The notes below the pieces were generated by a model that was not told the origin of the DNA, made no database searches, and saw only the letters and a program-made list of their open reading frames with translations. 64,000 bases of DNA from an uncultured bacterium (lineage in GTDB: Bacteria > Verrucomicrobiota > Lentisphaeria > Victivallales > UBA1829), in the NCBI GenBank assembly GCA_900549415.1, contig URNX01000004.1, forward strand, positions 19,967 to 83,966. The letters are read 5' to 3'. How positions within the stretch are numbered: the stretch's first letter is position 1; the number at the start of each line of letters is the position of its first letter. Shown one piece after another: positions 33,882 to 44,360 of this stretch. Both the position numbers and the translations under genes were made by a program.

Positions 33882-34553
33882 ATGAAACGATCCTGCACCC
33901 CGGTTCCGCGCTTTGAAGTTGACTCCTACGACTGGAATGAGCGTCATCAATTCTGTCAGGAACGCGCGCTTCGCGAGCATGCCGATGTGATTTTCATCGG
34001 TGATTCCATCACTCATTTCTGGGAAAATAAACACGGCGGTTCCGTGTGGGAAAAATATTTCAAAGGCAAAAGCGTGATGAACATCGGTTACGGTTGGGAC
34101 CGCACACCGAATGTCCTGTGGCGTCTGGACCACGGCGAATTTGCAAATCAGAGCCCGAAACTGCTGGTTTTGAACATCGGCACGAACAATTTTGCAAAGA
34201 CGGCAGCCTATCCGGGCGATGAACCGGAGGACGTTGCGGACGGCATTTGCGCGGTGATTGCGAAGATTCATGAGCTTTCTCCCGCCACGCACATTCTCGA
34301 CATGGCTGTTTTCCCGCGCATCGAGCCGAGCCACTGCGACAAGGTTCCTGTGCTGAACCGCATTCTGAAGGAGCGGCTCGCCGGGTTTGACTACGTGACG
34401 TTCCTTGACATTACCGCATCGTTCATGAATCCGGACGGCACACGCAACAACGCATATTTCCGCGACGGCGCGCACCTCACGAACGAGGGCTATGAAGTCT
34501 GGGCGGATGCCCTGCGCCCGTATCTGAAACGGTTTGCGGATATGGATATCTGA
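33882..34553 (+). CDS. SGNH/GDSL hydrolase (PAF-acetylhydrolase-like esterase)
   Basis: Block I FIGDSITHFW, block III GTNN and block V DGAHLT. Confidence 0.8.
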   Translation: MKRSCTPVPRFEVDSYDWNERHQFCQERALREHADVIFIGDSITHFWENKHGGSVWEKYFKGKSVMNIGYGWDRTPNVLWRLDHGEFANQSPKLLVLNIGTNNFAKTAAYPGDEPEDVADGICAVIAKIHELSPATHILDMAVFPRIEPSHCDKVPVLNRILKERLAGFDYVTFLDITASFMNPDGTRNNAYFRDGAHLTNEGYEVWADALRPYLKRFADMDI

Positions 34554-34574
34554 TTTTGAAAATCTCCTTTTAAG

Positions 34575-34615
34575 CAAGGGCGGACGGAACGCAAAGCGCG
34601 CTTCGTCCGCCCTTG
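34575..34615. terminator. 12-bp stem-loop between convergent SGNH and GH127 genes
   Basis: caagggcggacg (34575-34586) pairs with cgtccgcccttg (34604-34615). T-rich sequence flanks it on both sides. Confidence 0.55.
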
Positions 34616-34624
34616 TTTCAAACG

Positions 34625-36262
34625 TCAGCTTTTGTAAAGTTCGTCGTTTTCGAGACCGCTTTCCGAAAGGACGGGGAAATAAGTCCGCGTGCGGTGTTCG
34701 TTTGAGAAGCGTGTGAACAGCAGATCCTTCCGCGGATATGTCTGATTCTGAATGACGCATGCCACCCGGATTCCGCCCGGCTGAACGTCAAGCGGCTGCG
34801 TGTTGTCGATTGCAAGCAGATCCGTTTCAAGCGAGGAGAGGCCGTTGCGTTTCATTTCGAACGCGTAAACGAGGGGACCGCGCATCAGTGCGGCGCGTCC
34901 GGTCTGCGCCATGGTTCCGCGAATCAGGCGGACAGGCATGGGGAAGAGCAGTTCGATTTCAGTTTTTCCCGCATTGACCGGAAGGGTGAACCAGCCGGAA
35001 GCGGGATAAAACACATCCGTTCCGGCGGAGACTTTTGCATTGCGGCACCATCCCGGGATGCGGAGAGTCAGAGAGAACGCCTCGTCTGCGGAAATTTCCA
35101 GATGAACGGTTTCCGCCTCCGGATAAGGCGGTTGTCTGCCGAATTTTCAGCCCGGGAAGCGAGAGTTCGGATTCCGTATAAAGGTTGAGCGCGATTCCGT
35201 CCGGCGTCTTGAAATAGACGGCGTCGGGAAGTTCAAACATCATGCGGCGCAGATTGTTGGGACAGCAGTAGGTTTCGTGTTCGTACCATTCGCCCGGCTC
35301 GTTGAACGGAATGAAATAACGCTGGCGCATTCCGTCTTCCGACTGCGCGCCGAAGAAGGCGTTGAAGAGAATGCGTTCGTAAAGATCGCCGAATTTCGGG
35401 TCCGCATCAAATTCGAACATCTTGGCGGTGCAGCGGAGCAGATAGGCGGAAACGCAGGTTTCGCCCCACCTGCCGAGTCCGGTCTGTGTGTTGTCCCAGA
35501 CTTCTCCCCAGAAGAAGCCGCCGGAACAGGAGCCGGAGATGGAGGAGTAATTGCTGAAGACGCGGCGGTACAGTTCCTCTGCTCCCTCCAGCAGAACCGG
35601 CGCGTTGCTGCCGGTGATCTGCGCGTACTGAAGCTGTGCGAGAACGCGGGCGATCCATGTGTAGACGTGCGCGACGCCGTTGACGGGGACAATATGGTCG
35701 TAGGCGTCGATGGATTCGGTGATTTTGAATTCATCGCGGCAATAGTCGATGAATTCGTTCCGTCCGGATTCCCTGCCGAGCATGAGGAATGCGGTTTCGA
35801 TTCCGAGTGTGAGCGGCGCTTTGCTGCGGATGAGAAATTCACCGAGTTTGAGCGCGGCTTCGAGCGATTCCGTTTTGCCGAAGAAACGGTGATCAAGCAC
35901 AAGCGCCTGAATCATGTATGACTGGTCATGGGGATCCCAGAAGCCCGGTTTGCCTTCGTAAAACGTGATTGCGCCGTCCGCGGACTGCGTGGAGATCAGG
36001 TCGTCGATATGTTCGTCCTTGAACGTCCGGAGTTCCTCTCCGCCGATATTGTGGGCGGCGGCTTTGACGATGGCGTCGAGGAGCATTCCGTATCCGGCGA
36101 ATCCGCCGGGAACATCGGGTTCGGTTTTGCGTGATGAAACGGCGCGGCGAAGAGATGTTCCACATCGGTTTGATGCAGAATTTTTCCGGCGGTCAGCTCC
36201 ATGCGGGCGCGGATTTCTCCGCCGGCGCGGACAGCGGAAGAGGAGATCGGCTGGAATTTCAT
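34625..36262 (-). pseudogene. GH127/DUF1680-like beta-L-arabinofuranosidase gene disrupted by two frameshifts
   Basis: Three consecutive ORFs (35996-36262, 34959-36086, 34625-35014) in different frames read through as one protein. The frame switches from ...APFHH to (K)TEPDVPGGFAGYGMLLDAIVK near 36125-36128. It switches again from ...LKIRQTT to YPEAETVHLEISADEAFSLTLRIPGW near 35123-35128. Confidence 0.75.
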
Positions 36263-37242
36263 TTTGCGTTCCCCGGGAAAAGAAGTTTGCGCATCATGCG
36301 GCTGGCGGCGATTGCATCCTTGCGCTTGAGAATGGCGGTGATTTCCGGCATGTCCGCGCGGTCGATCACCGATTCGAGCGCATCAAGCCATTCGGCGCTT
36401 TCGGAAACGGCGTCGCGTCCGTCTTCGCGGTAGGGATACTGGTCGATCGTCATCCAGCCGGTGTAGCCGGTGCGGCGGAGCCAGTAGAAGAATTCGAGAT
36501 ATTCGAGCGTGTGGACGGAGCCGGCGATCATGTCGTCGTCTCACAGGCGGTAGTTGTCGTTGATGTGGACATGGAAGAGGCGGTTTCCGTATTTGTGAAG
36601 GATGGCGACCGCTTCGGCGGGGCTTTCGTAGCCGAGGAGAACATGTCCGTAGTCGAGCGCCGCGCCGCAGTTCGGTTCGCCGATTTCGTCGAGAATGAGG
36701 ACCGCCGCCGCGGTGTTGTTGAGATAGCATCGGTTGCGGGGCTCCTTCGCCTTGTATTCGAGGGCGATGCGCATCTGCGGATTGTGTTTGCAGGCTTCGC
36801 GGATGCCGTCGGCGAACCAGGTGCGTTCCTGTTCGTAATCCGCCTGGAAGATGTAGTCGTATCCGTCCTGTCCGGGCCAGATCGTGACGAGATCGCAGCC
36901 GATGTCTGCGGCAAGGTCCATCGCCCGTTTGGTGTCGTCGACGGCGCTCCGGCGTACGGCGGCGTCGGGAGCGGAGAAGGAGCCCTGTTTCCATTTCGCC
37001 TGGGCGAAGTGGTCGACGGCGAGGGAGACGGGCTTGAGGCCGGTTTCTTTGAGCATTTCGCGGACCGTGTCGAATTCCGCGATCAGGTCCGGGGTGAGAA
37101 CGAGGTCGACTCCGGTCAGGTGCGGGACGGTTGCGGCGCGCTGAAAGAGTTCGCGGACCGTGTACGGTTTTCCGTAAGCGGCGCAGTAGCGGTCGGAGCA
37201 GGAACCGACGTTTCCGAGAAAGACGGAATATTTTCTTGTCAT
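36259..37242 (-). pseudogene. Xylose-isomerase-like TIM-barrel sugar isomerase/epimerase interrupted by an in-frame TGA
   Basis: ORFs 36541-37242 and 36259-36531 are in the same frame: ...HVHINDNYRL-TGA-DDDMIAGSVHTLEYLEFFYWL. The stop is at 36541-36543. The gene's 3' end forms an ATGA overlap with the GH127 start. Confidence 0.75.
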
Positions 37243-37326
37243 GGCAAAATCTCCTTGTAAAATTGTTTTTCCGTACTATATTCTCCTGCAGGGGAAAAGT
37301 CAACATCTTCCTGTATGTAATATTCG

Positions 37327-38187
37327 ATGAAAAATATGGAGAAAACGATGATTGAGGCGAAAGTGTCCTATTATGACAGCAGTCCGTGGACCCGTGGAGA
37401 GCATCAGTTTCTGATCCGGGGTTTTGCTTTGGACGAGACGATGCTTCCGGTGATGATTCATCACGGCGAGAAACGCGCGTACCCGTGGCCGTGGCTGTTC
37501 ATCTGGTTTGCAACCCCGGTGACCGTGCGGAAGGAGTCGGGGGAGCTGGTTTCCTGTGAGAATTCTCTGATGGTATGGCGTCCCGGAAAGACGCATTGCT
37601 ACGGGAACGAGAATGGCGCGTGGATGCATTCGTGGCTGATAGCGGACAGTCCCGATCTGGAACGGATGCTGGATAAGTGGCCGATCCCGACCGGAGTTCC
37701 GGTTCATGTGGACGCCGGACCGGTGTTTGAGACCTATCTTCCGCTTTTACGGCAGGAGCTGGCGGATGAGGGCGATGAATTCTGTCTGAAGAATCTGCTT
37801 CAGCTGTTCATCTACAATCTGCACCGCTGCTGCAAGCGGAATCTTGCGCCTGTTCCGGCGCGGGTGCGCGAGATGGAACTTTATCTGCAGAAGAACTTGC
37901 AGAAGGATTTGACCGTGGAAGGGGTTGCGGCGCATTTCGGGCTTTCCGCGCCGCATTTCGCCGCATTGTTCCGGGAATATTATCACAAGGGGCCGATGAG
38001 CTATCTGAATTCTCTGCGTATGAACCGCGCCGCGCGTCTGCTCTCCCTGTACCCGTATTCGTGCAAGGAGATTGCGCAGCAGACGGGGTTCCGGGATTCT
38101 CTTTATTTTTCACGCCGTTTTCACCACTACTGGGGAGTTTCCCCGCGGGATTACCGGAGAAAAGAGGAAGAGAAGATCCCGGATTGA
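37327..38187 (+). CDS. AraC family transcriptional regulator
   Basis: C-terminal double HTH (VAAHFGLSAPHFAALFREYY...IAQQTGFRDSLYFSRRFHHYWGVSPRDYR). Confidence 0.85.
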   Translation: MKNMEKTMIEAKVSYYDSSPWTRGEHQFLIRGFALDETMLPVMIHHGEKRAYPWPWLFIWFATPVTVRKESGELVSCENSLMVWRPGKTHCYGNENGAWMHSWLIADSPDLERMLDKWPIPTGVPVHVDAGPVFETYLPLLRQELADEGDEFCLKNLLQLFIYNLHRCCKRNLAPVPARVREMELYLQKNLQKDLTVEGVAAHFGLSAPHFAALFREYYHKGPMSYLNSLRMNRAARLLSLYPYSCKEIAQQTGFRDSLYFSRRFHHYWGVSPRDYRRKEEEKIPD

Positions 38188-38192
38188 GTTTT

Positions 38193-39635
38193 TCAATAGA
38201 GGTGTTTCCACTTCGCACGGTATTCGATATCGTCCTTGCTTGGTTTCGGGAATCCTTCGGCAGTGCCCCAGGCGGGACGTCCGCCGAAATTGCAGTTCTC
38301 GATCCGCAGTCCGGAACAGCGTTCCACGGTCAGCGGCGTTGAGAAACTCGGATAGGGATCGGCCCAGTCGATGCGGATGTCGCGCAGAAGCAGGTTTTTC
38401 GTATCGCGCAGAATGACCGGAGCGGACGGTTTCGGCAAGTCGCGGTAGGGACAGAGCGAGCGGTCGATCTGACGGAGACGCAGATCCACGTTCTCAATTG
38501 TGATGTTCTGCGTGGGATAGTTCGGGAAGATGTTGATTGCCTGGACGCAGCTGCCTTTGAAGTTGCGGAAGGTGATATCGCGGATGAGAACATCGGCTTC
38601 CGGACGTTTCAGCCGGTTGTCGCTTTTCGCAATCCGGATGGCGGTTTCCGAATTGACCGTGAAGTTGGAAAATGTGATGTTCTCAATCGCCTTGACGAGA
38701 CCCCAGTTCACTCCGATATCGGCGGCGACACGGGTGCGGGCGATGATGTTGTCGACCCGGACATTGCGCATGACGCCGTTGCCGACTCCGACGCGCACGC
38801 CGTAGCAGACGGATTCGAGAACGCAGTTGGAGATCACAATGTTTTCGCACGCCTGTTTCCGCTTCAGTCTGCGGTGGTCGGCTTTGATGACGATGCAGTC
38901 ATCTGCGCTGCGGATCATGCAGTTGGTCATGACAACGTTGCGGCAGCCGTCAAGCGTGAAGCCGTCGCCGTTGCGGGTCCACGGATCCATGTCGACGCGC
39001 AGGTTCGTCACCTTGATGTCGTTGCAGCCCTGCAGAAGGCAGGTCCAGAAGGGAGCGTCAAGAAACGTTACGTTTTCGATGGTGATGCGGTCGCTTTCGC
39101 AGATCCAGATCATTTCGCCGGGGCGCCACGGCATGGGGACGGTGAGGCGTTTCCAGGGATCCTTGACGGCGATCGGACCGAAGGCGTCGCGGTTGCCGGA
39201 GATGGTTCCGCCGCCTCGGATGACAATGTCATGCTGTCCGACTGCCACGATGAAGTGCGCGCCGGAAACCCAGTCCATCGGACGCGTCATTTTCTTTTCC
39301 CACGCGTTCCAGTTCTTTTCGGGCGAGTCGCCGCGGTTCTGCGGACAGAAATTGCTGGCATTGTAGTCCGCTTTGTCCGGGCTGGCGAGCAGAACTGCGC
39401 CGGGAGCGAGGTCGAGTCCGCCGTTGGATTTCAGATAGAGCGTACCGGAAAGATAGGTTCCGGCGGGAAAGTGGACGATTCCGCCGTCGTCGATGGCGCG
39501 CTGGATCGCGGCGGTGTCAAGCGTCTTGCCGTCACCGGCTGCGCCGTAATCGCGGACATTGCGCATGGCGGGAGTGGATTCCGCTGCAAAAAGTCCGGCG
39601 GTCAGAAGTGAGAGAAAGAGAAGAAGTTTTTTCAT
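38193..39635 (-). CDS. Glycoside hydrolase family 28 (polygalacturonase-like), secreted
   Basis: Signal peptide MKKLLLFLSLLTAGLFA. Pectate-lyase-fold N-terminus RNVRDYGAAGDGKTLDTAAIQRAID. GH28-like blocks NGDGFTLDG and SADDCIVIK. Confidence 0.8.
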   Translation of the reverse strand: MKKLLLFLSLLTAGLFAAESTPAMRNVRDYGAAGDGKTLDTAAIQRAIDDGGIVHFPAGTYLSGTLYLKSNGGLDLAPGAVLLASPDKADYNASNFCPQNRGDSPEKNWNAWEKKMTRPMDWVSGAHFIVAVGQHDIVIRGGGTISGNRDAFGPIAVKDPWKRLTVPMPWRPGEMIWICESDRITIENVTFLDAPFWTCLLQGCNDIKVTNLRVDMDPWTRNGDGFTLDGCRNVVMTNCMIRSADDCIVIKADHRRLKRKQACENIVISNCVLESVCYGVRVGVGNGVMRNVRVDNIIARTRVAADIGVNWGLVKAIENITFSNFTVNSETAIRIAKSDNRLKRPEADVLIRDITFRNFKGSCVQAINIFPNYPTQNITIENVDLRLRQIDRSLCPYRDLPKPSAPVILRDTKNLLLRDIRIDWADPYPSFSTPLTVERCSGLRIENCNFGGRPAWGTAEGFPKPSKDDIEYRAKWKHLY

Positions 39636-39650
39636 TATTGAGCCCTTGCG

Positions 39651-40436
39651 TTATTTTTCTTCAGCATACCAGAAGGCAACGGTCGGCGCGACTTTTTCGC
39701 GGATGGAGGCGTTGCTTTCCGCTCCGGCGTGGAGGTCGGGGAAGAGAACGTTGGTCCGCATATTGTGACACGCCCAGTAGCGGTCGGTTCCGGTTGAGCC
39801 GAAGAGAGTGTTGACGCCGCCGAGTCCCCTCACTAATGCACTTGAATAGGGACTGCTTCCATTGCCGCGCGAGCAGGCGAGCATGACGAAATCCGACGGC
39901 GCGCGGGAGGCGCGCAGGATTTTCGTGTTGTTGCTCATGAAACCCCGGTCGACGCCTTTGTAGTGCCAGCGTCCGAGTTTGTTGCTGGCGGCGATCCACT
40001 TGCTGGCGTAGTTCTGATTGTGCCAGATGCCGTCGCCGTTCATGGCGTAGGTATATTCAAAGAGACGGGAGTTGGCGTTGTGCGGAATTCTCTGTTCGGA
40101 GCATTGCAGGAATTTTGCCGTTTTGCTGATATATCCGGCGGAGAGCAGCATCTGTCCCCATGGCGCCCAGTCGTAGTAGGGGGTGGCCGAGGAGTGGGTC
40201 GGCTGGAATTTCCAGCCTTCCGCTTTATCGACGCGCATCATGAACCAGTCGTCGCCGTCGGAATTGTACATACCGATGCAGAGCCCGACCTGTTTCTGAT
40301 TTGCGAGACAGTTGATCGCTCTTGCCTTGCTGCGAGCCGCGTTCAGGGCGGGCAGAAGGATGCCTGCCAGGATTGCGATGATCGCAATCGTTACAAGCAA
40401 CTCTATAAGGGTGAAAAAACTGTTTCTTTTGATCAT
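39651..40436 (-). CDS. Prepilin-type N-terminal domain / H-X9-DG family protein (pseudopilin-like), copy B
   Basis: N-terminus [43 protein letters not shown]. The C-terminal [12 protein letters not shown] is a DL variant of H-X9-DG. Confidence 0.85.
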   Translation of the reverse strand: MIKRNSFFTLIELLVTIAIIAILAGILLPALNAARSKARAINCLANQKQVGLCIGMYNSDGDDWFMMRVDKAEGWKFQPTHSSATPYYDWAPWGQMLLSAGYISKTAKFLQCSEQRIPHNANSRLFEYTYAMNGDGIWHNQNYASKWIAASNKLGRWHYKGVDRGFMSNNTKILRASRAPSDFVMLACSRGNGSSPYSSALVRGLGGVNTLFGSTGTDRYWACHNMRTNVLFPDLHAGAESNASIREKVAPTVAFWYAEEK

Positions 40437-40454
40437 GGGGAGTTCCTCCTTTGG

Positions 40455-41639
40455 TTATTTCAGATCAAGAATGTAGATCCCGCGTTTTCCGTCGTGAGTC
40501 GAATCTACGGTGACGTAACGGCCGTCCGGACTCCAGCGCGGGTGAAGGTCGCAGCGGGTTTCCCAGCCGGGAACCGGTTCGTGGTGGAAGGTCCCGAGGA
40601 GTTCGCATGCGCCCGTCGCGACGTCGAGAAGCGTGAGAATCTGATTCTGATTCGCGTCCGGATAGCTGTCTGCGAGAATCTTTGTGCCGTCGGGAGAAAA
40701 GATCATGTGCGCCATTCCGCCGTGGCTTTTCGAGAGTTCCTGCGCAATGAACGGGCGGCGGCTTTCATCGAAGACGACTGCGCTGTGTCCGTTTCCGGTC
40801 CAGTCCGCGTCGACCAGAATTTCGTTCGGCGTGCGTCCCCAGATCTGATGCGAGATGAACTGCTGCCACTGGCATTCGGAAAGAACGCACTCGGCGTCGT
40901 CGCCTTCCTTTGAGCTTGTGTAAAGGAAGGTTTTCCATTTGATGTGTTCGCGCTTGCACGACTCCGCGCACTGACGGAAGAGCCAGAGGACGCGGGTTGA
41001 GTCGCAATTGATGATTGCATGGTTCATCCAGATGTGCTGTCCCGGAAGACTGTATGCGTAGGGGTGGCGTTCCATCATGGTGCGGTAGCTGACGATGAGC
41101 TTGATTTCGCCGGTCTCCAGATCAATGCGCCAGAGACCGTCGGCGTCCGGATCGGCGGGGTGAATGTCTTCGCTCAGCACTGCGTCGGCATAACTGTAGC
41201 CGCGGCGCGGAATGCGGGAAAAGTTCAGGCTGACCGCCCATTTGCTGTCCGGTGAGATGGCGTAAACGGGCAGTTCATAGCGTCCGACGACTCCTTTGCC
41301 GAGCTGGTAAATCCGTGCGACGAGCCGGTCTTCGCTCTCCTCATAGTCGTTGAAAATGAAGCAGTCCGGACGGTGTTTGAGGAAGAGTTCCATGCAGCCC
41401 TGCTGATGACACCATGCGCGTGTGGTGACCAGCGGTTCGTAATGCCCTTCGAGGTCGATCAAGCCGATTTCCGCCCGTTCGCCGCGCGCGGGCAGACGCT
41501 GAATCTGTGGAGCTTTCATGACGAGATGCTTTGTGACGTCGCCGTTCCACGGGTTGCGGTCGTAATACCCGAAGAAATAGTGACCGTCGTCAGGCGTCAG
41601 TTTTCTCCAGTTGTACTTGCTGCTGATTTGCGGTTTCAT
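40455..41639 (-). CDS. Beta-propeller protein, oligogalacturonate lyase (PL22)-like
   Basis: 394 aa with no signal peptide. The C-terminal block CDLHPRWSPDGRYVTVDSTHDGKRGIYILD resembles the Ogl/TolB-type propeller blade (HPHPSFTPDD..ILFTSD). The pectin context (GH28, LacI) is consistent. Confidence 0.5.
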   Translation of the reverse strand: MKPQISSKYNWRKLTPDDGHYFFGYYDRNPWNGDVTKHLVMKAPQIQRLPARGERAEIGLIDLEGHYEPLVTTRAWCHQQGCMELFLKHRPDCFIFNDYEESEDRLVARIYQLGKGVVGRYELPVYAISPDSKWAVSLNFSRIPRRGYSYADAVLSEDIHPADPDADGLWRIDLETGEIKLIVSYRTMMERHPYAYSLPGQHIWMNHAIINCDSTRVLWLFRQCAESCKREHIKWKTFLYTSSKEGDDAECVLSECQWQQFISHQIWGRTPNEILVDADWTGNGHSAVVFDESRRPFIAQELSKSHGGMAHMIFSPDGTKILADSYPDANQNQILTLLDVATGACELLGTFHHEPVPGWETRCDLHPRWSPDGRYVTVDSTHDGKRGIYILDLK

Positions 41640-41687
41640 TTGCGTTTCTCCTTGTTTATTCGTATAAATGAGTTGTTGTAAAAAAAG

Positions 41688-42665
41688 TCATGCGGATTCC
41701 CTGATGATGACGGAGCAGGGGACGGAAACGAAGTCTGCGTGCGCGGGATCGGCGAGAGTGGCAAGCAGTTCGGCGATAAGAGCCTGCGCAATGCGGGAGC
41801 AGGGCTGTTCGACCGTGGTCAGCGACGGTGTGAGATAGGCTCCGGACTGGATGTTGTCGAATCCGGTGAGCGCAATATCGCGCGGAATGGAGCGTCCGGA
41901 GTCGATGATTGCCCGTTTTGCGGCAATCGCGAGTTCGTCGTTGTAGGCGAACACGGCGTCCGTATCCGGATTTGAACTCAGATATTGACGCATGGTTTCA
42001 TACGCTTCTTCCATCGGAAGGTTGTTTTTCGTATGGGGAAGCGGCAGATATTCGGGGGTGAGTCCGGCTTCGCGCATGGCGTCGGTATAGGCGCGGACGC
42101 GCAGTTCGGGCGAGAGGCGCAGACCGAAGAAGACGGGACGGCGGCGTCCCGAAGCGATCAGACGGCGCATGAGTTCGAGCGAGGCGGAGTAGCGGTCGGG
42201 GAGAACCTGGCTGATTCCCGCATCGAAGCGGCGGTCGCCTCCGTAAAGGACGACTGCGATTCCGGATTTTTTGAGTTCCGTCAGCGGTTCAAGATTCTCC
42301 GGAGCAAAGGCGATGACGCCGGCGACGCACATTCTGCGGAGGTTTCCGATGACCTCATGAAGCTCTTCCGGTTTTCGTGCGGGAGCAAGGTAAAGCATGA
42401 ATCCGTGCGGCTGGAGCGCCTGCTGAATCTCCTGAAAGAGTTCTGCATAGAAGAGACTTGTGAGACGCGGAAAGATGGCTCCGATGACATTGGCGCGTTT
42501 TCTCCGCAGCATCTGACTGGCGAGATTCGGCTGATAGCCCGCTTCCGCCGCGAGTTTGCAGACCGCTTCACGCACGGCAGGCGAAATCCGTTCGGAGCCT
42601 TTCAGCGCCAGGGAGACGGTCGCCTGCGTAATGTTCAGTGTTCTGGCTATTTCCTTCTGGGTCAT
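41688..42665 (-). CDS. LacI family transcriptional regulator
   Basis: N-terminal HTH MTQKEIARTLNITQATVSLALKGS and a periplasmic-binding-protein-like core. Confidence 0.9.
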   Translation of the reverse strand: MTQKEIARTLNITQATVSLALKGSERISPAVREAVCKLAAEAGYQPNLASQMLRRKRANVIGAIFPRLTSLFYAELFQEIQQALQPHGFMLYLAPARKPEELHEVIGNLRRMCVAGVIAFAPENLEPLTELKKSGIAVVLYGGDRRFDAGISQVLPDRYSASLELMRRLIASGRRRPVFFGLRLSPELRVRAYTDAMREAGLTPEYLPLPHTKNNLPMEEAYETMRQYLSSNPDTDAVFAYNDELAIAAKRAIIDSGRSIPRDIALTGFDNIQSGAYLTPSLTTVEQPCSRIAQALIAELLATLADPAHADFVSVPCSVIIRESA

Positions 42666-42747
42666 GGCAAATCCCTTTGCTTATACGTATATATTATATA
42701 CGACAAGCGCGAATTTGTCAACCCCCGGAAAGAAATTTTTTTGAAAA

Positions 42748-43509
42748 TTACAGCTGATTGCCGTATGCGTCGTGGAGGAAGCCGGGCTTGCTGACACCGT
42801 CTTTGATGCGGATTTGCAGCTGAGAGAGCCCTTCCGTGCCGACATGACCGTCTGCAAAGCCCAGGTTTGCGCGTGACTGGTGCATCAGCGCCATGCCGTA
42901 TTCCGGGGAGTTGGGGTTGACGTAATAGAAGTTCTGCCCTTTAGGAATGCTTGCCGTTCCAGCGCTGTTGCTGTCGCATATGTAAAAATATTCGCTTGGC
43001 TTTTTTACCTTGTTGTTTTGGAAAACCCACAATGCGGAGTCATAAAGATAAGGCGCTTTTGTCGTTCCCGCGTATTTTTGTTCATAGGGAGTGCTGAAGG
43101 GCAGTTTCACTCCGTAAGTGTTGTAATGGTTCGGGCGTCCGGTCGCGGCATCAAATGCGGGGCGGATATTGGATGGACAGTAGGTATACGTTTTGGCTTT
43201 CCATTGATTCTTCTGCATGTATTCCAGTCCATAAATGGTTTGCGACCAGGTGATGCTGCCGGTCGGTCCATAGACTGGCCACATATCCTGATTGTCGCCT
43301 GCGTACATCTGGAAGTCGAGAAGAACCTGCTTGATGTTGCTTGTGCAGCTGATGGCGCGTCCCTTTTCGCGGGCCGAATTGAGTGCGGGGAGAAGCATGC
43401 CGGCTAGGATGGCGATGATGGCAATTACCACGAGGAGCTCTATAAGGGTAAATCTCGCGGACTTCCTTTTGGGAAGTGGAACGGGGTGTTTGTCAGAATG
43501 AAGGTTCAT
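42748..43509 (-). CDS. Prepilin-type N-terminal domain / H-X9-DG family protein (pseudopilin-like), copy C
   Basis: N-terminus ...[40 protein letters not shown] and C-terminal [13 protein letters not shown] prefer the ATG at 43509 over the long upstream extension. Confidence 0.85.
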   Translation of the reverse strand: MNLHSDKHPVPLPKRKSARFTLIELLVVIAIIAILAGMLLPALNSAREKGRAISCTSNIKQVLLDFQMYAGDNQDMWPVYGPTGSITWSQTIYGLEYMQKNQWKAKTYTYCPSNIRPAFDAATGRPNHYNTYGVKLPFSTPYEQKYAGTTKAPYLYDSALWVFQNNKVKKPSEYFYICDSNSAGTASIPKGQNFYYVNPNSPEYGMALMHQSRANLGFADGHVGTEGLSQLQIRIKDGVSKPGFLHDAYGNQL

Positions 43510-43574
43510 AGCGTTGTCTGCCTTTTTTTGTTTGAACACAGCGGGGGAACGTTTCCGCATTCCCCCGGGTCGTT

Positions 43575-44258
43575 TCACTGTTTTGGATTCAGAACGAGGC
43601 TGAATTCGAGTGAGGATTCCGTAATCATGCCGGAATACGGGGTGAACATCAGACGCAGCTGGAGAACATCGGCTTTCCATTTGCGCAGATCCTGAAGAAT
43701 GACGGCGAAGTTTCCGGTGATGATCCACGAGGCGTTCGGGGCGTCGACGACAACTGTTGCTGTTCCGTCGGCCGGAGCGGGAATCACTTTCTGGTACGGT
43801 TTCTTCGGGTCGAACGGTTTGCTGTAATTGAACGTTTCGCCGTTGACCGTGACCTTGATTCCGACACCGGGTTCATAGCGGATGCTCTGTTCGTACATCA
43901 GTCTTCCGCAGGAGAACGGCTGAGCGGATTCCACGGAGAGTTTCGCCTGAAGTTCGGTCGGGGATTTTTTCGTGCACAGGATTTTCACTGGAATGCGTTC
44001 GCCGTCCGCCGTGGTGAGGCGTCCCTCCTGTTCGCTTCCGTCGAAGACGAAATCCTTCATGGGCTTGTATTTGCCGTTGTACTGCTGGAGTTTGAAACCT
44101 GCGCCCCATGCCGGATTCGGGAATGCGTTGTGGACGACAACGGATCCGCGGTCCTTGTAGTAGTCGAGCTGCGGTTGCCGTTCAGCGGCTCCAGCGGAGC
44201 AGAGGGCGAGCAGCCCGGCTCCGATTAACAGTTTGCGTGTCAGTGAAACGAAGTTCAT
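43575..44258 (-). CDS. Secreted hypothetical protein
   Basis: Signal peptide [25 protein letters not shown] and a beta-rich sequence with no motif I recognise. Confidence 0.6.
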   Translation of the reverse strand: MNFVSLTRKLLIGAGLLALCSAGAAERQPQLDYYKDRGSVVVHNAFPNPAWGAGFKLQQYNGKYKPMKDFVFDGSEQEGRLTTADGERIPVKILCTKKSPTELQAKLSVESAQPFSCGRLMYEQSIRYEPGVGIKVTVNGETFNYSKPFDPKKPYQKVIPAPADGTATVVVDAPNASWIITGNFAVILQDLRKWKADVLQLRLMFTPYSGMITESSLEFSLVLNPKQ

Positions 44259-44360
44259 GGTAAAACCTCCTTTTGCGGTTAATATATTCTTCACGCCATT
44301 GAATGTCAATGGTAATTTTCTCTTTTTGATGGGAGAATCGTAACATTCTCCCGTGTTTGT

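Noticed and set aside
33741-34760. 339-aa minus-strand ORF spanning the SGNH esterase region
   Set aside because: It is antisense to a gene with all SGNH blocks, crosses the convergent terminator hairpin and has no motif.
36541-36543. Alternative genetic code (TGA = Trp) or selenocysteine as an explanation for the in-frame TGA
   Set aside because: Many clearly complete genes in this window terminate with TGA, for example fic at 1434-1436 and the ATGA-coupled pairs at 5091-5094, 25561-25564 and 55369-55372. TGA is therefore a normal stop here. The position is not one where a redox Cys/Sec would be expected, and I saw no obvious SECIS-like hairpin directly downstream.
36383-37306. 307-aa Arg/Pro-rich minus-strand ORF, and the 431-aa + strand ORF at 35965-37260
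   Set aside because: These are alternative-frame or antisense shadows of the TIM-barrel isomerase and GH127 genes. Their extreme Arg/Pro content is typical of off-frame high-GC translation.
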